This document shows positions 7,849-16,277 of a DNA stretch of 62,420 nucleotides, piece after piece. The stretch's first letter is position 1. Each line of letters opens with the position of its first letter. Below the pieces are notes generated by a model that was not told where the DNA came from, did no database searches, and saw nothing but the letters and a program-made list of their open reading frames with translations. Both the position numbers and the translations under genes were made by a program. The DNA comes from a virus (Duplodnaviria; Caudoviricetes), in IMG/VR virus record IMGVR_UViG_3300033997_000134, positions 1 to 62,420 of that record; one strand, 5' to 3'.

Positions 7849-8835
7849 ATGCAATCCGCATTTATTGCCACCTGCCCCAACAGCAACGAAGCCGCCATCG
7901 TGGTTCTGGGAGTCACCACCGTTTCCGAGTTTCGCGCTGCAGCTGCTGCCCAAGGACTGATTCGCACGTGCGATGACGAAGAAGGCTATGAGTTCTACAA
8001 GCCGCTGCAGGCATGGGCCGTACTCACCCCAGAAGGTACTTGGGACTTGGGCGCCAGCTCAGATACACCAGATGCCCTGCCCGCCATGGTGGCTACAGCA
8101 CGCTGGGTATCCATCACCAGCTGCCAATGTGAAGCATGCCCCATGAAAGACGGCACGCATAAGCCAGCAGGCGCACTGCTGCAGATTGGCGAGCCGAAAT
8201 CATCCGTGAATCAGGTTGATGAAGCCATCAACTCGCTTTTGCGCGCCGCATTGATTGAAGGTGGTTGCTCTGCAGAAAGAGTGATCGAGGCCAGAGAAGA
8301 AACCAACCTGCGCAGGGCTGAACTGCGTACCCTGCTATCCACACCCCAGCCATGCAGCCGAAGCCACCCGCACGAAGAAATGACGCCCATGTGCGAGCTG
8401 CGCACAGAGATTGCGCGACTGACCAATGCACTGGCACGTGCCGAGGCACAGCTTGCAGCACCCCACCCATTGCATCAGCACCTGCTGCACATGCTTGGGG
8501 CCAAAGACCACGAAGACGCTGGATGCATCATCGCGCGCCTGCACGCTTTGGAGCTTGCAGCAGCACCGCAGGCAGTGCAGGCCGCAGTGCCGGCGGTGCG
8601 CGGCGAAGTTCTGGTGACGGTTTCCGGCTTCACTGGCAGCGGAAAGAGCGCGATTGCAGGGGAAATTGAAATCATGTGTCGCGCGCTGGGTCTGCAGGTC
8701 GAATGGCCCGATGGCGTGACCGAAAAGAACATGACGCATGCGGACTGGACTACGGCCTTGGAGCTGTACAACCCGCGCGTCCGCATCATTGAGCGCAATG
8801 TTCCGTGCAACACCGCCAGTGGAGCTGACCAATGA
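7849..8835 (+). CDS. Mosaic hypothetical protein with a C-terminal P-loop-like module
   Basis: 328 aa; VTVSGFTGSGKS near the C-terminus; Ala/Pro/Gln linkers. Confidence 0.7.
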   Translation: MQSAFIATCPNSNEAAIVVLGVTTVSEFRAAAAAQGLIRTCDDEEGYEFYKPLQAWAVLTPEGTWDLGASSDTPDALPAMVATARWVSITSCQCEACPMKDGTHKPAGALLQIGEPKSSVNQVDEAINSLLRAALIEGGCSAERVIEAREETNLRRAELRTLLSTPQPCSRSHPHEEMTPMCELRTEIARLTNALARAEAQLAAPHPLHQHLLHMLGAKDHEDAGCIIARLHALELAAAPQAVQAAVPAVRGEVLVTVSGFTGSGKSAIAGEIEIMCRALGLQVEWPDGVTEKNMTHADWTTALELYNPRVRIIERNVPCNTASGADQ

Positions 8836-9599
8836 AAAACGTGACGATACCAAGCCAGTTTCTTCAGGAGCTGCTTGCACTTTGTGGCCCAGAAGACCAT
8901 GAGCTGCGCGAGCGCGTACTGAAATCCGCAGCCCCCGCGCACCCCGCAGAGGGAGTGCTGGTGCAGGCTGCAAAACTTCCGCCGCTCCCAGAGCCGACCG
9001 CCTTTCTAGTTTGCAAAGGCAGCGAAGTTACCGCCAGGGCGTGGAATGTCGATCAGATGCGCGCGTACGCAGCCGCAGCCCTTGCCGCCACCAAGCCAGC
9101 GCAGGCAGTGCCGTCTGATGATGATGCGTTTCAAGCTGCAATCGACATGCTGCATTCGGCTCGCGTAGAGCTGGATTTGTTGCGTGAGGCATTGAATGTC
9201 CCCGTCGAACCGCACCAATCGCTGTTTGAGCGAGTTCTAGATGCTGCCAAGGCCACCCACCCCACCCAGCAGGGGATGGATGCATTTCGCGCCCTCTACG
9301 ATTCAGTTGTTCATTCCATTGATGAAGGGCTGCTAACAGGAAAGGCTCTTGAAGCAATCATTCTTGTCCCTGCAGTAGATTTCTTTGAGTCTGCAAAACA
9401 GACATACACAAAAGAACCGCAATCAGAGCTGGAGCTAAATTCTGCGCGCTGGAAGCATGTAACAAATGAAGCTGGAACAGGAATGGTTTCGCTAGTCCGC
9501 TTTGCATCGAATGGCAGTCCTTGCGCGTTGATTGGTAGTGAAGCCAATTCCTTCGTAGATGCTGCCATTGCAGCCCAAGCCAAGCAGGGAGGTGTGTGA
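8832..9599 (+). CDS. Mosaic hypothetical protein
   Basis: ATGA coupling; ends AAQAKQGGV. Confidence 0.7.
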   Translation: MKNVTIPSQFLQELLALCGPEDHELRERVLKSAAPAHPAEGVLVQAAKLPPLPEPTAFLVCKGSEVTARAWNVDQMRAYAAAALAATKPAQAVPSDDDAFQAAIDMLHSARVELDLLREALNVPVEPHQSLFERVLDAAKATHPTQQGMDAFRALYDSVVHSIDEGLLTGKALEAIILVPAVDFFESAKQTYTKEPQSELELNSARWKHVTNEAGTGMVSLVRFASNGSPCALIGSEANSFVDAAIAAQAKQGGV

Positions 9600-9874
9600 T
9601 GCAGCGTAAATACAAAAGCCTGCCAAAGCCTAATAGGGGCTGCACACCCTGGATGCCGCGCTCCGTGCGGCCTGTTCGCCCCGGCTGGTATGACTGCATT
9701 GCGTGGTTCACATCGAGCGCGCCTTCGTCAATCTGGCGCCTTTATTGGGACGGGAATGGTTTTAAAGTCCCCATCCCACTGGTCGTTGATTACTGGCGCG
9801 GTCAGACACTGGCGGCAGTGCGGCGCGCCGCCCAAGCAGCCAAGCAGGGGCCGACCCATGACCCTGCCATTTGA
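9596..9874 (+). CDS. Hypothetical protein
   Basis: TPW...RPVRPGWYD...YWDG...WRG pattern typical of small phage proteins. Confidence 0.65.
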   Translation: MMQRKYKSLPKPNRGCTPWMPRSVRPVRPGWYDCIAWFTSSAPSSIWRLYWDGNGFKVPIPLVVDYWRGQTLAAVRRAAQAAKQGPTHDPAI

Positions 9875-10067
9875 CATAGCCCGCTGTGAGGGCCGCATCA
9901 CCCGCCGCCCCATAGGTCACATCGGCACCGTGCGCGTGACCAGTGACGCAACCCACCCCGAGTGCAGGAAGTGCCGCAGGCGTGAGCCAGGGCACGCCAG
10001 CCACCAACCCTACATGAACCCGCCGCCGCTGACTGGCGGCAAGTGTCAGCAAAGGATTGCACCATGA
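9858..10067 (+). CDS. Small Cys-rich protein
   Basis: MTLPFDIARCEG...CRKCRR...CQQRI. Confidence 0.65.
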   Translation: MTLPFDIARCEGRITRRPIGHIGTVRVTSDATHPECRKCRRREPGHASHQPYMNPPPLTGGKCQQRIAP

Positions 10068-10600
10068 ACAACGAAGAATCAGAACGCATCACTACATCTC
10101 AGGACGTGATTAGCCGCTTGCACGACAAGATTGACGAGCAGGAGGCACGCATTGCCGAGCTGGAGGCTCAGCTGGAGGCCATCGGCGCTGGGGGCGTGGA
10201 GCCGCTGCGCAAGCCCGCAGCAGCACAGCAGGCAGTGCAGGTCATCAAAGCAAACTGCTATTCAGACGACAACGGTGACTACTGGCGCGACTGCCCGGAT
10301 GACTGCGATTTTGTTGATGGCTTGAAAGTTGGCGACACATATGAATTGCAAGCATCAATCCGCGCATGGTCTGAAACCTTCCGTGTGACAAAAGCGCCAG
10401 ACGAAACAAGCGATGACTACGAAGTGGAGCTTGTGAGCACTGATGCACCTCTTGCCGCCACCCAGCCAGCAGCGCAGGGGATGGTGGCGCTTCGCAAAGA
10501 AATAGAGAACATCACCAGACTGCTGCCTGCAAATGTTGATTGCAGCGGAGTATGGGCGGCATTGGCAGCAGCCCAAGCCAAGCAGGGAGAGCAGCCATGA
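10064..10600 (+). CDS. Mosaic hypothetical protein with N-terminal coiled coil
   Basis: EARIAELEAQLEAIGAGGV; ends AAQAKQGEQP. Confidence 0.7.
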   Translation: MNNEESERITTSQDVISRLHDKIDEQEARIAELEAQLEAIGAGGVEPLRKPAAAQQAVQVIKANCYSDDNGDYWRDCPDDCDFVDGLKVGDTYELQASIRAWSETFRVTKAPDETSDDYEVELVSTDAPLAATQPAAQGMVALRKEIENITRLLPANVDCSGVWAALAAAQAKQGEQP

Positions 10601-10872
10601 CCCACACAAGCACAGAGCAGCAAATAGCTGCAGCATGGAATGCACAAGCTGATGAGTTCAATCAGTGGGATGAACTTGACTTATGCGAGAAGATCGAGTG
10701 GGCAGCGCACTGGGGCGCATCCCAAGCGCGCGTGCCGCTGGCTATGTACCAGCGCAACACTATCAAGGCAAACGCTTGGCGCGAAACGATGGTAGGCGGT
10801 TATTACGATGCAAACGCCATCATTGATGCGACAGAACGCGCCCACGGCATCACACAGGAGAAGCAGGGATGA
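10597..10872 (+). CDS. Hypothetical protein
   Basis: AWNAQADEFNQWDEL motif; ATGA coupling. Confidence 0.7.
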   Translation: MTHTSTEQQIAAAWNAQADEFNQWDELDLCEKIEWAAHWGASQARVPLAMYQRNTIKANAWRETMVGGYYDANAIIDATERAHGITQEKQG

Positions 10873-11231
10873 CACGCCACACAGACGCAGAGCAAGAGCG
10901 CGCAAGCCTTGGCGCTTTCATTGACCGAGCCGGGCGCGATGGGTTTGACACTGCACATACCTTCTTTGACTGCGGGGAAGTTGTGTTCTTAAACCCTGAC
11001 ACAGCCGACCTATGGGGTTTTTGGCAAGCAGCGCGCCGCGCTCCAGCAGCACCAGTGCCTCAGGGGTGGAAGCTGGTGCCTGAAGAAAGCACAGAGGCTA
11101 TGGCCCGTGCTTTTCGCGCAGACGATGCCCCTGGGTACTTTTGCATGACCACGCTTCGCTGCGCTGATTTTTCAGAGCGATACGTAGCCATGCTCGCCGC
11201 CGCGCCCCAGCCACCAGCAAATGAGACATAG
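10869..11231 (+). CDS. Hypothetical protein
   Basis: VPQGWKLVPEESTEAM...YVAMLAAAP, a common phage C-terminal module. Confidence 0.7.
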   Translation: MTRHTDAEQERASLGAFIDRAGRDGFDTAHTFFDCGEVVFLNPDTADLWGFWQAARRAPAAPVPQGWKLVPEESTEAMARAFRADDAPGYFCMTTLRCADFSERYVAMLAAAPQPPANET

Positions 11232-11400
11232 CACCAGATTGGCAGCCAAGCCGCATATCTGCCGCCAGTGCAAGACAAACATTCAACCAGGAAGCACCTA
11301 CGTGCGAATTACTGAACTTGATGGCCGACGCCACAAAGACCGTAAGTACCACCCTGGGTGTGCACCAACAAGGAAAGAAGATGGCAACCCGCAAACGTGA
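11221..11400 (+). CDS. Small putative Zn-binding protein (59 aa)
   Basis: MRHSTRLAAKPHICRQCKTNIQPGSTY...YHPGCA (CxxC...HxxC); missed by the ORF track. Confidence 0.65.
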   Translation: MRHSTRLAAKPHICRQCKTNIQPGSTYVRITELDGRRHKDRKYHPGCAPTRKEDGNPQT

Positions 11401-11487
11401 TATTCGCCGCCAGCGCCGTGAGCGCGAACAAGAGAAACGCTACCCCGAACCCCGCCACTGAGCGGGGTTTGTTTTTTGGAGATGCGC

Positions 11488-11604
11488 ATGACCACCACCA
11501 TGCCACCTGCACAGCCACTCACACCACCCAAGCGCTGCGTCAGCTGCGGCGCACCCGTACACCACGCCCCCAAGGAAGGCGAAGGCCTGCCCTGTGGGCA
11601 TTGA
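11488..11604 (+). CDS. Very small Zn-ribbon-like peptide (38 aa)
   Basis: GGAG RBS; RCVSCGAP...LPCGH. Confidence 0.55.
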   Translation: MTTTMPPAQPLTPPKRCVSCGAPVHHAPKEGEGLPCGH

Positions 11605-11652
11605 TTCACGCCTAAACCGCCCCGCAAGGGGCTTTTTTATTGCCGACACACT

Positions 11653-11886
11653 ATGAAATCTGAAATAGAAGCTCTGCGCGAGGAAGTCTGTGGACTCAAA
11701 GAAGCCGTAATGCTGCTGGCGCGCATCAAAGGTGGGCGACTGAGTAGCTCACAGTTGGTTGAAAGAGTCGGGCGCACGCGGCAAACCATCATGTCAATGG
11801 TTCGCAGGGGAGACTTCCCAGCTCCATGCAAAGATGGCCACTGGCTCCTTGAGGAAGTGATGGAGTGGGAAAAATCTAAAAGATGA
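11653..11886 (+). CDS. AlpA-like excisionase/regulator
   Basis: ERVGRTRQTIMSMVRRGDFPAP...WLLEEVMEW; convergent with the integrase. Confidence 0.8.
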   Translation: MKSEIEALREEVCGLKEAVMLLARIKGGRLSSSQLVERVGRTRQTIMSMVRRGDFPAPCKDGHWLLEEVMEWEKSKR

Positions 11887-12888
11887 TTACTTCACACTAA
11901 GGCGCTTGGCCAATTCCGAACCTTTGGGGTTGTAATAGGTCAGTGCCCGCGTGGTGTTTGTCCAGCCAAACACTTTGCACAAATCAAGCACATGCAGCAC
12001 CTGCGCCATGCGGGTTGCTGCTGTATGCCTGGAGTCATGGAATGTGAAGCCAGATAATCCAGCCCGCTCCCGGTACTTACGAAACATGGCATCCAGTGAT
12101 TGAGCCTTGAGCCCAAACACCTTTTCGTCATCGAAACCGCGCATGCGCTCAAACGTGCGCCGGGCCTCTGGGGTCAAGGGAACCTGCCTTCCCTTCCCTG
12201 TCTTTGTGCTCCCTGCATGCAATATGCAGTAGTCCTCTCGCACATCACACCACTTCAATTCTGTCAGCTCTCCAGCACGCATCCCAGTTTGCAGCGCTGC
12301 GACAAAGCAATTGGCAACCGCCTGTGAAATCGCACGGACGGGTTTTTTTCGTGACCACTTCAATGCCCGCAACATCTTGCGGATTTCGAGCCCAGTAATA
12401 ATGCGCTCTCTGTGGTCAGGCTCTGCTGGCTTGCGCACGTCTTTCATGGGGTTGATGGCTATCCACCCCCACTCTCTGCGCGCGACTTCCAGCACATTCC
12501 CGATCACTACCATATCCCGAAGGACTGAACCTCTGGCCACTTGCTTCAATCGTGCATCGCGCCATGCAGCCAAGTCCTGTGTCGTCAGGTCGTGAAGTTT
12601 GATATTCACGGGGAATTTTTCATGCTTGGCTATAGCCTGCAACCGAATACCCTCGGCGCGCCAGCCTCGCTTGTTTGGAGTGACTTCTTTGGCGTAGCGA
12701 TCCAAAGCGTCAGCCATAGTCTTAATGGTGCCAATCATTCCGCTGGACTGCAGACGAGAGTCGAGTCTCTTTTTCGCAATCCAGTCGTCAGCTTCGCGTT
12801 TGGTAGCGAAGGTTTGGCCAATCCGCTGGCCTTTGACTTGCATTTGAACCCGCCACGTGCCTTCGGCGGTCTTTTTTGGAGTTGCCAT
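11887..12888 (-). CDS. int: Tyrosine integrase
   Basis: TGMRAGEL, KTG, FHDSRHT, FGW (W in place of the last His), LTYY. Confidence 0.95.
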   Translation of the reverse strand: MATPKKTAEGTWRVQMQVKGQRIGQTFATKREADDWIAKKRLDSRLQSSGMIGTIKTMADALDRYAKEVTPNKRGWRAEGIRLQAIAKHEKFPVNIKLHDLTTQDLAAWRDARLKQVARGSVLRDMVVIGNVLEVARREWGWIAINPMKDVRKPAEPDHRERIITGLEIRKMLRALKWSRKKPVRAISQAVANCFVAALQTGMRAGELTELKWCDVREDYCILHAGSTKTGKGRQVPLTPEARRTFERMRGFDDEKVFGLKAQSLDAMFRKYRERAGLSGFTFHDSRHTAATRMAQVLHVLDLCKVFGWTNTTRALTYYNPKGSELAKRLSVK

Positions 12889-12893
12889 CGGTG

Positions 12894-13156
12894 TTCCGTG
12901 AAATTACCCGTGAACTTCCCGTGAAACCAGAATCACGGAAATTCATTATTGAGGGTTAAAAACGGCCTGATGGTATCCGAAAGTTCACGGATTTAGTTAT
13001 TTTTCACTCTTGGGCGTTGATTGCAAAGCAATCTCGAACCATCAATGGTGCCTCGGGCCGGGGTCGAACTCCAATGATATACGAGGCATCAGTCAATTTT
13101 CCGTGAACTTTCCGTGAATTTGGCTTTCCCTATCGAAAAAGATAGCAAAATCACGG
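12894..13156. other. attP: tRNA 3'-end core flanked by arm-type repeats
   Basis: 13046-13070 reverse complement is AGTTCGACCCCGGCCCGAGGCACCA (T-arm, acceptor, CCA; probably tRNA-Leu). CCGTGAA at 12896, 12908, 12919, 13101 and 13112; inverted at 12984, with one-mismatch inverted copies at 12932 and 13150. Confidence 0.85.
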
Positions 13157-13651
13157 GGAACCAGCCTTCAAACACTGTAGCGCATACGCCTGCAGGTACT
13201 CTATTTTGGCAGCGTCTTGGCCGATGGCTTCTCGGTGGTCGAGAATACGGCGTTGAACGTCTGCACTGAGTTCGAGGGTGTCATCGCCCAGGCCTCCGGC
13301 GCCTGCAGTGGAACCAAACCTATTCCCTCTGGTGGAATCGAACCCGCCCCCTGGTGCGGTGATGATGCGCACCCCGCAAGTGCCAGCAGCGACACAGCCG
13401 CGCAGACGGTTAAGCTCTTTTTTGTCATCTTCCAGTCCCTTCCATGCCTTGGTGGCTGCAGCAGAAATTGCCTTGTTGGCCTCGATGCCGATTTGCTTGC
13501 TGGCTTCGGCCATAGCCAGCGCCTCTTTGTCACGGTCTGCCAGCTCTTGGGCATGCTGGCCAGTCAGCCGCCAGCCGTTGACCAGCCACCCCAACACGAA
13601 GGCGGCGCCCAGCAGCGCCACCGCCATCAGTGCTTTGGTGCGAACCAGCAT
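13151..13651 (-). CDS. Rz-like inner-membrane spanin
   Basis: N-terminal TM, GWLVNGWRL, coiled coil, LQAYALQC; follows the endolysin. Confidence 0.85.
   Translation of the reverse strand: MLVRTKALMAVALLGAAFVLGWLVNGWRLTGQHAQELADRDKEALAMAEASKQIGIEANKAISAAATKAWKGLEDDKKELNRLRGCVAAGTCGVRIITAPGGGFDSTRGNRFGSTAGAGGLGDDTLELSADVQRRILDHREAIGQDAAKIEYLQAYALQCLKAGSP
13201..13428 (-). CDS. Rz1-like embedded outer-membrane lipoprotein spanin
   Basis: MTKKSLTVCAAVSLLALAGC lipobox, Pro-rich, nested in Rz in another frame. Confidence 0.8.
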   Translation of the reverse strand: MTKKSLTVCAAVSLLALAGCASSPHQGAGSIPPEGIGLVPLQAPEAWAMTPSNSVQTFNAVFSTTEKPSAKTLPK

Positions 13652-13712
13652 GTGTAGGGCTCCCACATCAGCTGCCAGTAAATGGCTGGCGCCAGGATAA
13701 AGAACGGGTGCA

Positions 13713-14321
13713 TCAGCCTTCTCCCACGGTTTCGGTGCAGCGGCTGGCCGGGACATTGCCAATGCGGTGATCCAGCCAGCCCACAATGAATGAGGCATTC
13801 GCCTGCCCTTTGGCCAGCTGGGCATAGTGCGCTGCTTGGTAGGCGTCCAGCAGCTTGAGCGTCAGCTCACAGGCTTTGAGTGGCCCACGGGTTTTCTGCA
13901 GGGACTTATAGGCTTGCAATGTCTGGTGGCCGATGGCCCCATCCACGGGGATCTGCGGGTAATCGCGCCCTGCCCGGCTCAAGTCGTTAAGGCTTTGCTG
14001 CAGCCAGCGGGTGGCGCGCCCGGTGCCCACGTTCACGCCAGAATCGACCAGCTCGGTGCCCACGGCTGGGGACAGGCGCAGCACTTCGTCATATCGTGAT
14101 GCTTTGATATACGTCTGCACGTATATGTCCACTGCAACGCCTTGGGGCATGCTCTGCATCGCGCCTTGGTAGCCGTGCTCGCGCGCCACTTGCTCGGTAA
14201 TGCCGTGATTGGTGGCGCCGCCTGCATCGTTGGGATCGTTGCTGTATCCGCCCTCGATGGCAATCACACTGCCCACCACCGCTGTCAGCAGCGCGCCGAT
14301 GGTTTTCCACTTGTGCTGCAT
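13713..14321 (-). CDS. Endolysin, GH108 with peptidoglycan-binding domain; possible SAR N-terminus
   Basis: EGGYSNDPNDAGGATNHGIT; VDGAIG; FIVGWLDHRI. Confidence 0.92.
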   Translation of the reverse strand: MQHKWKTIGALLTAVVGSVIAIEGGYSNDPNDAGGATNHGITEQVAREHGYQGAMQSMPQGVAVDIYVQTYIKASRYDEVLRLSPAVGTELVDSGVNVGTGRATRWLQQSLNDLSRAGRDYPQIPVDGAIGHQTLQAYKSLQKTRGPLKACELTLKLLDAYQAAHYAQLAKGQANASFIVGWLDHRIGNVPASRCTETVGEG

Positions 14322-14322
14322 G

Positions 14323-14634
14323 TCACTTCTCCAGCGATTCCAGCGGCAGGCCTGCTGCCACGCGCGCCGCGTCGATCTTGGCCTGGCGGCGCCATTTCCA
14401 CAGCAGGTGCACGATCTGCAGGCTGATGAAAAACAGGCTGGCGAACACCACCCAGGTGTTTCCGGCAAAGCCCATGAAGGTAGATTCGGTCACCGGCGCC
14501 ATGCTGGCGCTTACCCCTGCCGTGCCTGCCGGTGCCGCCTGCAGGCCTGCTTTGAGCATGTCGTGCTTTTGCTCGGCCGACAGGCCATTGGCCAGCCCCA
14601 GCAAGTCTTTGATGTGTTGGATGTAGTGGGTCAT
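14323..14634 (-). CDS. Putative holin
   Basis: TM segment followed by WKWRR; immediately upstream of the endolysin. Confidence 0.7.
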   Translation of the reverse strand: MTHYIQHIKDLLGLANGLSAEQKHDMLKAGLQAAPAGTAGVSASMAPVTESTFMGFAGNTWVVFASLFFISLQIVHLLWKWRRQAKIDAARVAAGLPLESLEK

Positions 14635-14645
14635 TGTTTCGGGCG

Positions 14646-14673
14646 TAAAAAAACCGCCCGAAGGCGGCGGTTT
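14646..14673 (-). terminator. Terminator-like hairpin between late promoter and holin
   Basis: Minus strand CCGCC-GCCTTCG-GGCGG-TTTTTTT. Confidence 0.65.
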
Positions 14674-14700
14674 GTTGTTCTGACGGCCTTCTTGGATTGA

Positions 14701-14742
14701 AGTGTCAATACATGCCCTTGTTTCGCATAACCCTAGCCGGGG
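14701..14742 (-). promoter_or_regulatory. Late promoter motif copy (lysis)
   Basis: CCCCGGCTAGG-25 nt-GACACT. Confidence 0.75.
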
Positions 14743-15153
14743 TCAAAGCGTCACGGCCAGTCGGAATGCGTCATCCAGCCCCCCTGGTGTGCCACCCAGC
14801 GCTGCCCAGATCGCTTGCAGGAACGGATTGGCCCGCTCCCAGGTAGGGCGCATCCATTCAATTTCCGCGCGCAGCTTCTGTGCAGGGTCTTGTATGCCCT
14901 CGATGTAGGCTCGCGCTGCGTGGTACTTACCCAGCTCCAGCAGGGCCAGCTGCCCTTGAGGGCCGGTGCAAAAATCAGGGACTGGTAAATCCTCTGCATG
15001 AGCCTCTTTCAGCACCCATTCACCACCCCGCCAGAAACAGCTATGTGTAGAGGGGTTGTATTGTGGGGCTGGCTCTGTTGCCCGCAACATCCAAGGCGCA
15101 GGATCGTCGGTATGTATGTGCTCACCGGTGTGTGGACTGTACGTATTCCCCAT
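14743..15153 (-). CDS. Tail fibre assembly/accessory protein
   Basis: Follows the adhesin; QGQLALL...IEW...WER...LDDAFRLA pattern. Confidence 0.7.
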   Translation of the reverse strand: MGNTYSPHTGEHIHTDDPAPWMLRATEPAPQYNPSTHSCFWRGGEWVLKEAHAEDLPVPDFCTGPQGQLALLELGKYHAARAYIEGIQDPAQKLRAEIEWMRPTWERANPFLQAIWAALGGTPGGLDDAFRLAVTL

Positions 15154-15155
15154 GC

Positions 15156-16268
15156 TTACCCCCCGTAGTGATTACAAGCAAGGCGCAAGCTAGTACTCCA
15201 GAGAGAACTCCAAGCGTTCAACGCCCAGTTGGATGAGCGAGAGCCAGAATTTGCCAGTGAGGTGCGCCCGCCTCCATACAAAGCTGGATATGTCACACCA
15301 TAAGTAGAACCACGGTTTACCCCTGCCACCCAAGAAGTCCCACTGTTAGAAGCTATCTCGCTACCAAATGTATAGACGTGCCCAGTCATTTGCTCGCCGC
15401 CGCAGCGCGATGTAAATCCAGGCTGCCGTTTTGTGGATGGGATGGTTACTGCATCACCGCCAAGCGATTGTGCCTCGGTCACGCCAAATGCTGCGGCAGA
15501 GAACTCAGATCCGCTAAGTAAACGCTTGCCGTGACTTGCTGCAACCTCGTTCGCTTCATGCCACGATAGCGCGGCATACTTTGCGCTGCCGTTACCACCA
15601 AACATTGTGGGTATCAGCGGGGGAACCGACCCACTGGCTACGTCCGTGTTGTAGCGCGATGTGCCATTGATAATGTGCTGGGTGCTACAAAAATAAATAT
15701 CAAACCAGCAGCCACCATCTATACGCACCATGCCGCGCGGATCACACGTTGGCCGGTAGTTCAGATCCCAGATGCTGTGCGCGTTGATGCCTGCAATCTT
15801 GTCCACATCGGCTTGCGTCCAGATCATGCCGGGCCCAGTGGTTGCAAAACTGCCCCCAGCCACCGTAGTCCCCGGCGCCACCAGCCCGTAATGAAACCCG
15901 CCGATCTGCACCGCTCCAGCCTGCGCAGGCGTCAGCACATACGGGGATGGCTTGCCATTGGCTGCTGCAAACGCTGTGCCGCTGGGCGTCACCCATACCC
16001 CGTAGTCCTCTCCCGCAACCATGCTTGCAGGCATCTGCACAGCCGTATCTGCGGTGAAAGACTTATAGCCACTGCCCACTCGCACCAAAGTCCCGGCCTT
16101 GACTGCCAATGTGGCTGCTGCAGTTTTGGTCAGGCACGGCTTGGATGGTGATACCAGCACCGGAAAGAAATCAGCAGGCAGCGCGCCGCTGCCAGCGCTT
16201 TGCTGCAGCGCTTTAATGTCTGCGCCCACTGCCGCAAACCCCGCCGAAATCCGCTCCTGCAGCGTCAT
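15156..16268 (-). CDS. mtd: Major tropism determinant (BPP-1 Mtd)-like receptor-binding protein
   Basis: IGGFHY, INAHSIWDLNYRP, DPRGM, WFDIY, GTSRYN, HGKRL, AFGVTE, GG...SGSR...ACNH are co-linear with Bordetella BPP-1 Mtd as recalled. Confidence 0.85.
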   Translation of the reverse strand: MTLQERISAGFAAVGADIKALQQSAGSGALPADFFPVLVSPSKPCLTKTAAATLAVKAGTLVRVGSGYKSFTADTAVQMPASMVAGEDYGVWVTPSGTAFAAANGKPSPYVLTPAQAGAVQIGGFHYGLVAPGTTVAGGSFATTGPGMIWTQADVDKIAGINAHSIWDLNYRPTCDPRGMVRIDGGCWFDIYFCSTQHIINGTSRYNTDVASGSVPPLIPTMFGGNGSAKYAALSWHEANEVAASHGKRLLSGSEFSAAAFGVTEAQSLGGDAVTIPSTKRQPGFTSRCGGEQMTGHVYTFGSEIASNSGTSWVAGVNRGSTYGVTYPALYGGGRTSLANSGSRSSNWALNAWSSLWSTSLRLACNHYGG

Positions 16269-16277
16269 GGTGTACCT

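Noticed and set aside
8608-8660. Full ATPase or kinase from GFTGSGKS
   Set aside because: Only ~60 aa follow, with no clear Walker B; treated as a small module.
13046-13070. tRNA gene
   Set aside because: Only the 3' ~25 nt are present; interpreted as the attP core.
15156-15300. Active DGR variable repeat in the Mtd-like gene
   Set aside because: No second copy was seen, there is no NNC codon signature, and no avd or RT lies downstream.
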